Source of the DNA: Eledone cirrhosa
Lineage: Eukaryota
DNA length: 64,000 nucleotides
Reading direction: 5' to 3'
NCBI GenBank assembly: GCA_964016885.1
Contig: CAXHJY010000102.1
Location: forward strand, 1 to 64,000
Shown here: positions 26,601-39,200 of the stretch, one piece after another
How the letters are laid out: the number at the start of each line of letters is the position of its first letter
Numbering within the stretch: position 1 is the first letter of the stretch
Program-made: the position numbers and the translations under genes
The notes under the pieces: model-generated
The model's database searches: none
What the model was told of the DNA's origin: nothing
What the model saw: the letters and a program-made list of their open reading frames with translations, nothing else

Positions 26601-29600
26601 TGCTCGTTTGTCAAATTACTGTTGATATTAAATGTCCAAGTTCGAGTAACTGGAATCCTCCTCTTTTGATCAGTTTTAACATCCTGATTGATATCCTCGT
26701 TGTTGTGAGTATTTTGTGAGCTTTTATTATTAACAGTGAAACCCTTAAATTCTGGATCAACATAGCCGTCCTTTCGAGCTGCAATTCGCCTTTCAGCTTC
26801 TAGTTGCCATTCTGTCTTAACTTCTTTAGCTTTATGTTCAAAATTAGTCCGATTTCTTTCATGTGCACCTGTACTAGGTTTAAGTTCAGATGGATTTTCT
26901 TTAATCTCTTTCACTGTCTCAATTTTCGGACATATTTTCTCCCGACGAGGCTTTGGTATGGGATTGATTCTGTTGTCATTATATGGTATATTTGTAGAAA
27001 CATTAGAACTGCCTTTATAACTACAAGAAATATGCCCAGGGTGCAATTTAGTCAAAACAATACCTGAAACTGGGGTGCTTATATCCTTGTTTCCTAAGTG
27101 TTTGCCTTCAGTTTTTTTAGAGGATTTTTCTTGAGAATGAGATGACGACTCATCTACTGGAGATTTTGACAATACATGAGGTTTCACAAATTTGCTATTA
27201 TCAGATTTATCCTTATCGGTGACAGTAGTAACACTTACAGAAGGTACATTCACAATTGCCTGAGACTGTTTCAAATTTTGCTTATTTTTCATTATTGTAC
27301 TTAAAGGAAAAGATTCGTTTGGGGATGGAGCTAATGGTTCTTTTGGGGATGGAGCTAATTGTACTTTTGGGGATGGAGCTAATGGTTCTTTTGGCGATGG
27401 AGCTAACGGTTCTTTTGGCGATGGAGCTAACGGTTCTTTTGGCGATGGAGCTAACGGTTCTTTTGGCGATGGAGCTAATGGTTTTTTTGGGGATGGAGCT
27501 AATGGTTTTTTTGGCGATGGAGCTAATGGTTTTTTTGGGGATGGAGCTAATGGTTTTTTTGGAGACGGAGCTAATGGTTCTTTTGGGGATGGAGCTAATT
27601 GTACTTTTGGGGACGGAGCTAATGGTTCTTTTGGGGATGGAGCTAATGGTTCTTTTGTATTTGATTTTATGTTGTAAGTTTCATTCTTGGTATTTGTTGA
27701 TTGTTCAGCAGGCTGTATTTCTACACCTGGGGCAACTTTAGAATATTGTTCAATTCTTTCCAGAATACTTGGAAGTTGTACTTTACCAGCTGACCCTGTA
27801 TTCTTTTTAGGGACTGAAGAACTTGATGAATTTGAGATTGTTGACATTAAGTTGGAACTTTTTGGTTCTGACTTTGATGTAGAATTGAAGATAGAATGAT
27901 GTTTATTTTGATCATCTGTTTTAGCAGTAACCATGGCAGATTCTTTTTCAGTTGATTGGGCTAAAGACATCTTATTTTTATCAAAAGTGAAATGAGGATT
28001 CTTGAAGCTCTGTTGATTGTCTCCTCCCGACAAAGATTTGTTAGTTGAAGTTAGGTTTTGCGGCAACTTAGTATTAGACACAGTTGAGTTTGTTGGCAAT
28101 GGTGAAGGACACTCATCGTTACTAGATGTACTACTGGCACTGTGTTTATGTCGAACACCAGCCAAGCTTTTCAGCAATCCAGAGACTACTTGTTGCTTAT
28201 CATTATCAGCTTTTAAATTTGTAACGGGTTTATTATACATTGTTGCTTGCATTTTTTTATCAGCCATTGTCTGACTAGTTACCACTTTCATGAACTTTGG
28301 AGCATCTGATGAAGAATCTGATTCCGATTCTTTATCAGATTTTGCAGGTGTATGAGAGAGAGTTAAGTCATTTACCTCTTTGATTTTACTGTTAGATCCC
28401 TTGTAGGCTGGGTTCTGAAAGGGTTTTTCAGAATTATGTGATTCAAATTTAGCAACAGAATTTATTGGCAAATTTTTAGATTCAATTTCCTTTAAATGTG
28501 CTTTTAATGCCGAGGTGGTACCTTTTCTTCTGTTCTCAAACGTTTGTTCTGTTTCCATTTCTTTTGAGTGCTGTTTTTCTAATCTTAGCTTTTCTTCTGC
28601 TTTTTGAATTTGATCTTTCTTTTTATCAAAGAGTTTGCCTTTCAGTCTTGATGTAGTTACAGATGAGTCGTCTTTACTTGAATCCAGATTTTTTGAAGCA
28701 GTTTTATTAATCGAGTTTATAGTAATGGCTGACGGTGCTATTTCTTTTGGAGTAGAATGGTTAGTTAAGATTTTACTTGTTGGTGACATATAACTTTTTC
28801 TAAAGCAGGATCTATGGTAAAGGTTTCCATCTTCAATATGTTTTTCGATCAGATACACTTTATCCTTGCACAATACACAATAATCACCACTTGCAGTGTT
28901 TTTCGTTGGAGTAGTAATGATCTGAATAAGAAATAAAAATTAAAATTTTAATACAGACGACAAAAAACAATATACAAATGAAAAATACATAATTCTACAT
29001 AAGCTTATCCTGTCTATGTTTTGTGACAAAGGGAATGAAATTACATGAAAACTGTCCTTTACTAAGTTTTAAATGGAAGATAAAATGAAAGATATGAACA
29101 ATAAATAAATTGTTACAAAGATAAGCAATATCTCAAGAGTAAATAATAAAACAAATTTAAAAAATAAAACAAAATAAAACTAAAAAAAAGCCATTAAATG
29201 TTTCTTCTGTTGTACTGGTCTGCTAGTTACTACATGGAATGCTCTTTAATCATATTTATCTAAAGACTTTTCTTCACCTAAGTGCATACTATAATCTCAA
29301 AAATCTCTTCCATTTAGCATCTTTAAAAAAATGAACATCTAAATAGATTTTATATAGTAATAGTCACAGGGATCATTTAAATGACAGTGACCATTTAAAA
29401 CACACAAATTCCCTAGTGTTGCTGATCTATATGATAAATAATCACCTAGTACACTCTGTAATCTGGTTGGTAATAGGAAGAAAATAGATAGTAAAAGGTG
29501 ATGATGATGAACATAACATTCTATCATTAAAAAATAAAACAATGAAAATAAATATAATGGAATATTTGTTTAAAAAGCTTCTCTGGTTATCTTGAGACAT

Positions 29601-32600
29601 CTTGTTTTAGTTCCAACACAATCTCAGATAGGATTACTTGCCAAACAAGTGCAATTAAGAAACAAACAAGTTTTCACAGCCCACTAAGAAGGTCCCTTAC
29701 ATATCTAATGTCAATATTTCATACATGACATTTATTTCTTGTAACAAACAAAGGAAATCACTGTATGCCATGTAAACATTCCATGGTCCCGGCAGGCAAA
29801 AATGACAAATGTATTACCATAAAGGATAGTGAAGGAGATGCACTGCGAGAACCAGTCTTCCTTGGGGGTCCATTCTTGCAACTGGTCTTCTCTTTTAAGA
29901 CTGAACTGAATAAAGAAATGGTTCAGGGGCTCAAATGCCATATCTAACTAGTGCTTATTAATATTAATTTCATAATCTGACAACACCACACATTCCAGTG
30001 GGGTTTGAATAATGCAGCAAGTACATGCTGTAAAATGGTTGGTGATAGGAAGGACATCCAATCATAGTCAGCTTGCCAAACAAAGGCTTGAAAGGACTCC
30101 TCAGTTGTGTCAAAATCATAACAGCCTCCCTATTGCTGGTGTCACAATACAATGCACTTGGTAGAGCACAGGATCATATGTAAGCAAGATGCAAGCTCCC
30201 AGCCCATCTGAGGGATAAGTATCCTTCTTGAATATTGATTTTGTCTGAAGACCCATCCAAATTTTGCTAGCAAGAAAACGAACATCAAACGATGATGATG
30301 ATGATGATTCTGTACCTTTTTTCTTTCCTCTGCTTTATTTGGTGCCACACGCTTAGGTTCAAACTTTTCATAGATTTCACTACTTGGCTGTCGCTTCATT
30401 CCAACTGTGATGTGAGATTTACACTTTTGTATATCTGGGCCACCCACTAGTAAAATAAAATAAGGGTTTATTTATAAACAGTACACAAAAATATAAATAT
30501 ATAAATCAAATGAAGAATCAAAGATCATAGCAGAAAGAATAATGTTGATTATTCATAACATTTTATACTGTAAATGCATTTGAAATGGTCTGCAAAACTG
30601 TTTCACTTCAAATATCATTACATGCAATTATTTTCACATCCTAACTCTAAATACTTTGTTTCCATAATGTTTTGTGATCCCAAATTCATACTCCACTAGA
30701 TTATTTCTCTCTTGCCTCTAAATTTTGGTCTCAACAAAACACTCAAATAAGAAACATGTAAAAATCTTTAACCTCTTCAGTGCCATAGATGAGATAACTC
30801 GTCCTAATAAATTTGAACTCTTTTCCAACAGTTCATAACTTCAAAAGCTAGATGGGGTTACTAGTTTATTGATGTGATGTTAGTCAATCATTCAGATATG
30901 TGTTGTTAATAAATGTTTGTTTAAAAAAATAGTCATTTTACTGAAAAAAAAAACCCGGCACAGCAACTGAAGCTGTGTAAAATATACGCGGCAGTCAACA
31001 GGTTAAGCAAAATTGCTAGCTATTCACTCCACCCAGCCCTTATAATCTACACTAAAAAAATTTTCAGTCAGATCATTCAATTGCAAGATATGAAAAGGTT
31101 AATAGCACTTCCCCTCTTCCTGAAACTAAATATAATTTTTAAAATGGGACACATGCAAAATAATACATGTGCATCTGATTATTCAGTCTTAAAAATAATA
31201 GCTCATGTGACAGATTATGGGAAATTTCCAATCTGAAAAGAAATGAAAATAGAAAAATATGTAAACTTGAAAATATGCATATTAAAGAAAGAACAATTGT
31301 GGTATGCCATCCAGGGCAACATGGCCTCAGACAGGCTCGTGTGCCAGTTCGACCAGGACCATCTCGCATGCTTTTTTTTTCGGCCTTGCAACCTCACAGT
31401 GATGCCTGGCTCAATACCTTACCCTCCTTTTCAACTAACACACAGCTGGTAATGATAACCTGTGAATTGGGATATTCCTGACGCGCAGCCTCCAGATATG
31501 CGAGCCATACAAACGTCGCTGCAGTTCCACAGTAGACTCTTTCGGCATCCACCCGCTGTCCTGTTGCTACAATGCTGGCCGCCTTCCACGCCATGCTGCT
31601 ATCAACGAGGTCATAAAGCATTACCTGGATGCAGCAAGCTTCCCCTCCCAGCTCGAGCCGGCAGGGCTGGACCGAGGGATGGAAAAAGGCCAGACAGCAT
31701 GACTATCTTCCTGTTCTGCAATGGTAAGCCCCTCATCTGGGATGCCACATTCTCCAGCTGCAACCTGGTGCAGTCTGCAACTAACCCAGGTTCTGCTGCA
31801 CTTCGCGCTGAGGAGGGTAAATTCTCCAAATATTGGTCGCTCTCCAACAGGTTTGCAATCGAGCCCCTGGCAGTGGAGACTTTTGGTGTCCTTGGCCCTA
31901 GGGACACCTCTTTACGCACTACCATAGGCACAGAATTGGCTACCCACTGGTGTGAACCTCGCAAACTGGAATGGCTCTTCCAGCGCATCTCCCTCACCAT
32001 CCTCCAGGGAAACGTCTTCTCTATTCAGTCCGCTGGGACTACGAGGCAGCCTGCGCGTGGGCCTCCATTTTCTCATAATAGTGAGAGATGGGGAGAGCGA
32101 GAGAGACGGAGGCAGTGACAGTGGGAGTTTGGTTCCTTTGTGTTCGGACCAGGTGTATATGTATATGTTTCACAAACACACACTCAGGTTATGAATATAT
32201 ATGTGTTTGTAAAGTTGTAATACTTTCTCAAAAAGATGATCAGTTGAATATGATTTTGTTCAAAGTGAATATATGTAATCACACCAGCATATAATTATTA
32301 ATTTAAGTTTATCTAACTGCTTATTTATTCTGCAGTATATTCTGATCAAAAATTTCATTAAAAGCAGAAGTTATTAGAAGAAAAAAATAATGAATAAAAA
32401 TAAAAAAATTTTTTTTAAATATTTTTTCTTAATTGAATTCATCACATGCTTTTTGATGGTTCTTTTTAGTTATTCACAAAAATTTCATTTTCTCTCATGA
32501 GAAGAGCTAAACATTCATTAAACCTTTTTATACCAACCCAACAAAAACTGGCTCTGGTTCTATGAAACTAAGGGGTCCTATTAAAGTCTTCTAGCATAAC

Positions 32601-35122
32601 ATTATATGTTAACTTACTATCTTAGTAATGAAATAATAATTTTAGTAAATCCCTCAACATTTTCATAAATTAACTTAAATAGAGTGTATTTCATTAGAAA
32701 TATGGTAACAAAAATTTGACCTGAACCTATATCTCCCCATGGAAACCACATTGGTGTCAACACCATCAATATTTATTTCCAAAATATGCACAAAGCCTCA
32801 AATTTATGGAATTGATATAGTTGAATATATTTGATAGCTACTTATTTTATTCACCCCCAGACGAATGAAAGGCAAAGTCAACTCTGGCGGGATTTGAACT
32901 CAAGTGTCATAACAATACCTCAAGGCATTTTTGTCCAACATACCACTTATTCTGCCAATCATCATCTGATCTATAACAATCACATCGAAAACAATTCCTG
33001 GCCTTGTCAAACCTCACACCCAGGAAGACCTAAGTGAAAATCTTCATGGTAAATTCAAAGACTACTCAAGGTAACTTAACCCTTTAGCATTCACATTACT
33101 CTATATTTGCTATTGTATTTTCACAAGAAAAGGCTTTATCTTACATAATTATCTCACATAATATTGAATCTACAAGATTTTAGTATTTATTTTGAGAACA
33201 ATATGTTAATGTTGGTATGAGTGGCCAGTTTAAATGCTAAAAGGTTAAATCAGTTCTGGGTTAGGATTTTCATCATCTCCTAAATGTCCATCACTATCCC
33301 TGCAGAGGTAAACTGCATCACTAGCCCTGCAGAGGTAAACTGCAGCCTCATGCACTGGTTAGTGATTAATGCTTTTCTTGCTCTGTCAGAAAATGATTTG
33401 GAATTTTACATATATAAAAAAAATTACAATAGGCTTATGAAGAAACCCATATTCATAAATTTATACAATTAACTCTTAACATCTTATAATGATTTAGCAG
33501 AAAATATCTACAAATGGGTTTAATTCAAATATTTGTAGTATCTTGACTAGGGGACAAATGGTTGTAAACATTTGCTGTATTAGAGGAAAAACTTTAATGT
33601 TTAATGCAAGCATGCAAAAATGAATGTAAAATGAGGATAATACAGTCATTGCACTTTTCAAGACTATCTTGCTATGGCTGTTTCATGCAGTATAGAGGAT
33701 GTTAAGAGTTTAAAGAACTGAATCTGCTGATATCTTATTTATAATATACAAAGATTGTTAATCACAGAAAACACTCACTTTTCTCTTTGTCCTTGAAGTA
33801 GTTGTACAAACTTGCAACATAAGTTATAATGCTAAGTTTGTCTGGCACAGCAAGATCCTCCATGTCCTTAGCCTCTAAAAGAGCAGTGATTCCAAGATGT
33901 TCAGCAACGGAGAAAGCCTTTATGAATAAATTTAAGAATATTAAATATAATTTATTGACGAACAAACGAAATTGAAAAATTGAATACTTTTGACAAAACA
34001 CTGGTTTAGGGTTATTTGATTTATAAATGTCTATTTTCCATGCTACCATGGGTTAGACAAGTTGTCCTATTTGAGGGAAGTTCGGTTAGATGACCATGTC
34101 TTGCTCATAAAGAACTGATTTTGGCTTGGTTTCTACAGCTAGATGCTCTTCCTAATGCCAAACACATTTACAGTGAGTACTGGGCGTTTTTTGTCGTGAC
34201 ACCTACACAACCACTTTACAGTGTGGGCTGGGTGCTTTTTGTGGTGACACCTACAAAACCACTTTACAGTGTGGACTGGGTGCTTTTTGTCGTGACACCT
34301 ACACAACCACTTTACAGTGTGGACTGGGTGCTTTTTGTTGTGACACCTACACGACCACCTTAGTGTGGACTGGGGGCTCTGGTGGGAAGGGTGTGTGGGA
34401 ATTAGGAGGTGAGTATATGGGCTTGTATGAAGAGCAGAGTGTTAGGGCATGGGGTGTATGGAAGGGGGGATTGAAGGTGAAAATGATGTATGCCAGATGT
34501 ATACTTCAGTCTTTGCTCGTGAGAGGGGGGGATGGAGGTGAATACTATATGAATGCTTAAGCCCATGGTAAGGCTGGTTTTTCTCATCAACATTTACTAT
34601 AAATACAGACTGACGAATGGCTGTGTATGTTTTCTTGAATTAACACCTCTTCAACAGCTGGTAGTCTTTGTTAATGTCCTGCATAAACAATATGTCTCAC
34701 AGCTCAGTAATTCAACATATGAATTTCAGTGGAACAAGTATTTTACTTGTAACAGATAAAAAGTAATGATTTGTGTGAGGAAAGATAACAGGCAGCAGAA
34801 TATTGCTTTAAAATATATCATCCAACCCATGACAACATGGGAAAGCAGGCGTAAACAATTATATTAAGTATGCACAGCGCAGAACATATTGATAATCTGT
34901 AATTTAATGTAGATGCAGCTACAATGTTTAGATTGGTAAGCCTCTCTGCAGTATGTAAACAAATGTTTAAACCCATGGACAGGCATATACAGGGAATGCT
35001 CAAAATAACTTCATCTATATTTGGAAGAATCTTGTGTTTGATATAAATAGCTATATGCTATCATTCTCTCCTAAAAAAAAAAAAAAGTGTGTGTGTGTGT
35101 GTGTGGGTGTGGGTGTGGGTGT

Positions 35123-35191
<69 letters not shown>

Positions 35192-35528
35192 CGCGCGCGT
35201 GTGTATATATATATATATATAGTAGGAAAAGTTTGGTAGGAATATCCATGAGTAAGAGCACTCAGTTCATAGGGCGAGTTTACTATAAATAAATATATAT
35301 ATGTATATATATATGTATGTAAATAGGTAGATGTGCGTGTGTCATCATCATCGTTAAACATATGTTTTTCCTGCTAGCTCACACATACACATATGCACAT
35401 TGGTTGCAAAAACCTTTTAACCACTCACCCATGGCTGTATGTGTGTGTTTATAAACACACACACACACATAAACGCATACATGTTAATAAACACAGACAC
35501 ATATATGTACAGACAAATATACATATCT

Positions 35529-35581
<53 letters not shown>

Positions 35582-36186
35582 ACAAAGACATTAATTACAG
35601 GTTTGAACTTCAAACTTTTGATTTTGAGTTATTTTACAATCTATATTTTTCAGTGAACTTTTTGTTTTGAACTTCAAAGAATATGCCATTCATTAACAAT
35701 GTAGCCAAATAAATATAAAAATAGAAAATACAATGAGATCAATTCTTGGTATTGTACAATTATAGAAGTTTAGACAGTCTGTTCAAGTGGTGAATTTGTA
35801 ATTTAATAGTGGCTTTCATTCTTAGATTAATTCTCTCTAGCTGGATAATCATCATCATCCTTAGCATCCCACTCCATGTGTTTCTGTCTGCTGGTCTCAC
35901 TTGGACCTGGCCAAGCTTAGTCCTTTTTGGTCTTCCTGGGCCTCTACTGCCTCCTGGATTGACATTCATCATTTTGCTAACCCAGCCCTCACTGTGCTCA
36001 ATATGACTGTGCCAGCGCATGAATCTCGTGTGAAGCACATCCTTGAGGTCATCAATCAGCAGTCTTTTCAAGAGATCAATTGTGTTGACATCATCCTCAG
36101 TGGTCAAACTGCATATCCAGCAGATCATAGCTCTGTCATTTCTTCTGAGCCGATTCAACTATAATATTATACCATGTGTATTTGTA

Positions 36187-36240
<54 letters not shown>

Positions 36241-39200
36241 TGTAACTCTTTAAATTCTACACACACACACACAAAGCATTTTTTATATCAGTCATGTTGC
36301 TACTACAAGAAGTTTGCTTTCCAATCATAAGGTCATTTGTTCTTGTAGTATTTCTCCAATGTTGCTCATACATTTAATACTGTATGCTATTTGTACATAC
36401 ATACTGAAAATTTATGTAAATAATATCCAAGAAGTAAATTATTAAAATATCATTTTTATCTTTATGCAAACCATAAATTTATCAAAAGTCAGTCTGTATG
36501 GTTGTTCTTGTATTTGGTAATTCTAGTACATACCAACCTTAGACTCCAAAAATTAAATACATTGAATGCTATTACTGTCATTAATGATGGAACTTGTCCA
36601 CTAGTATTAATTAATATCTGTGTATGCAGGTGTAACATACGAAAAGTAATCTTATATTACATGAAACGATGTATTGAAAATCAAAAATCACCATATAGGT
36701 AATGTTTAGCATGTTGGACCTCCAGTGGTTCCGACGAAGAGTACTTTAGATGTTTAATAAATGAAACAGCCTGCACATGAAATAAATGTGCAAGTGGCTA
36801 AGCATTCCATAGACACAAGCACTTTTAATTTAGTTCTCAGGGCAATTCAGCATGACAGTGTTTAACAAAGCTAGCCCTTTTACTTACAGTTGCAATTTTT
36901 CTTTTCCAGTTGTGTAGACTGGAGCAACATGAAATAATATCTTGCTTAAGGACACAACAGACCAGCACAAATCAAACAAGATCTTACAATCACTTATAAG
37001 CCACATACCTACAGTAATATACAATAAGATAACATAAACCAATTTATATTAAACTAGTATACTTACAAGATGATTATTGTAATAAACATTTTCCTTGCAA
37101 AGAGATTCAAAGTTACTAGAGGAAAAAGAAAAAGAAATCTTTGTTAGTAAAGAAAATCATCATCATCAGTTTTTTTATCCACTTTCCCACACTGGCATGG
37201 CTTGGAAGGGTTATCACAATCCAAGACCAGATGGACCCATTTTGCTCATATATTTGAAAAAAATATTTTCCCACTGATGATCTCTACTAGAGATCTCACA
37301 TCCACAACAAAGCAAAGACTGCATGATATACATTAGCCTTCCTCTTTAAAACCAGAAAATAATTCAACAACCAACAGTTGCTAGCTCTTTACAAAGATCA
37401 AATGAGACCCACAATGGAGTTGTTATATCGCACCAAAAAAATTATATTTCCATTGGTCACTTCATTGCTGAGACTACTGGTTGCAGCTCCTGGCAGAAGC
37501 ATCACTGCTTTTCCAATAACAGGAAGCAGATTTTGAATCAGAATGCACAGAGCTGGAACAGATACAGGAAAGCATCTCAACAGACTCTTTAACAATTCTA
37601 CCAATCAGTCCCAAAACAATGAAAGGCAAAGTTGGCCACAACAGTATTTGAACTCAGAATGCAGGCAACAAGATCAAATAAATAACAAAGCATTTAACCT
37701 GACGATTTAACAACTCTGCCCCGAACAATGAGATACTTCTCATATATCTGAGACAGTGCTGCTGCAGCACATATGCACATCATAGGTTGCATTAAAAAAA
37801 AAAACCACCTGATTGCTTACCAACACCCTCCAATCTCTGGGGACTGTCTCCTCAGACAATTTTTTTTTTACTACTTCCACATACGGTAGTTTCTTCTACT
37901 CAAAACTAGGTGGACTTCTATCATCTCTAATCAGACCTACCTAACTTGTTTATCTCTCCTCCACATGTCCCCTGTATGTCGTCCACCACCATCCCCATCG
38001 CTCTATATTGCACTAACCACAAGGTCAATTCTTCCTCTCCAGAATGTAAATACTCTGGATCCCCCTCCATTGCACATGCATTTCCTGTACTTATCAATCT
38101 GTAGTTTAAGAAGATAAACCCCCATCAATCTCACCAGTCTCAAACAGTTGCTACTGCCATGGGCACATCTACTTCCTTCAGGTCAAACGATAAAAAAAAA
38201 AAAAAAAAAAAAAACACATGGTGCAAATTCCATGGTCCGAATGACCATGGAATTTGCACCTAGAAAATTCCCCTCTGGGCAAAGCTGTTTGTGGAAGACC
38301 AGCAGTCACCCATGCATACCAGCTTCCCCTCTCCACATCACTGATGTTGTCCAAGGAAAAGGCAATGGCTGATACAGTTTGGCACCAGTAACGTCACAAC
38401 TCATTTCTACAGCTGAGTAAACTGGAGCAACGTGAAATGAAGTGTCTTGTTCAAGAACAACGCAAAGCCATCAATCAATGGAAATTTTATGTGCATGACT
38501 GAAAGAAAAATAATTACAGACTAGTAAAGGAGTTTATGTAGTTACTAAACCTGCTAGAAATATTAGCCAAAACCCCTCATAAATCACACCCTACTATCTT
38601 GAATAAGCAAAGTATGTATTCATATTGTAGTTCGAGTTAGCTTTAAAAACATAGGACGGTCATTACTAGAATGGCTTTCATCATAGGTCTGCTCAACTGG
38701 CATTGACCCGTGATTAAAAAATAACCATGAAAAGTTGTGAACAATACAATGAGATAATGCAAACGTTCCAAAAATGAGGAAATTACAGCAGATGATCATT
38801 ATAACTACCATCCTTTCGTCAGTGGCACTGGTTAGATATTTATTTAACTAGCCAAGCATCTGTTTTATATATTACATATATTTTAGCAGTAATTATAGCA
38901 TACTGTCACATAAATATTCAGCTTATTCCATTATACAACACACCCTGTTATAGTAGTAACAGTATGACAACGGTCAACAATACAGTAATACTCACTCAAC
39001 AGCAAATTTTAAATGCTCTGAGAAAAGCGGTCATGCAGCAATTATCCAAATGGGTTATAGTAGAGACACTATATAATTACCCAAACACTGGCAGTTCACA
39101 GAATATACACAAAATGAATGCATTCTTTGAGAGACAGAATACTCTAAACACTGAAGTTGGTCAATTTTAACTAAATTATTGATTTTATGATTTTTATAAA

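Noticed and set aside
27317-27652. Regular array that could be mistaken for CRISPR
   Set aside because: Head-to-tail units without unique spacers, in frame inside a eukaryotic exon, and no cas genes.
27256-27741. 161-aa hydrophobic repeat ORF (GMELMVLL)n on the plus strand
   Set aside because: Antisense reading of the 24-bp coding repeat in MICAL-like exon 5.
26495-28873. 792-aa ORF as a stand-alone single-exon gene
   Set aside because: It starts at a TTG inside the LIM finger; splice sites and upstream CH exons show it is an internal exon.
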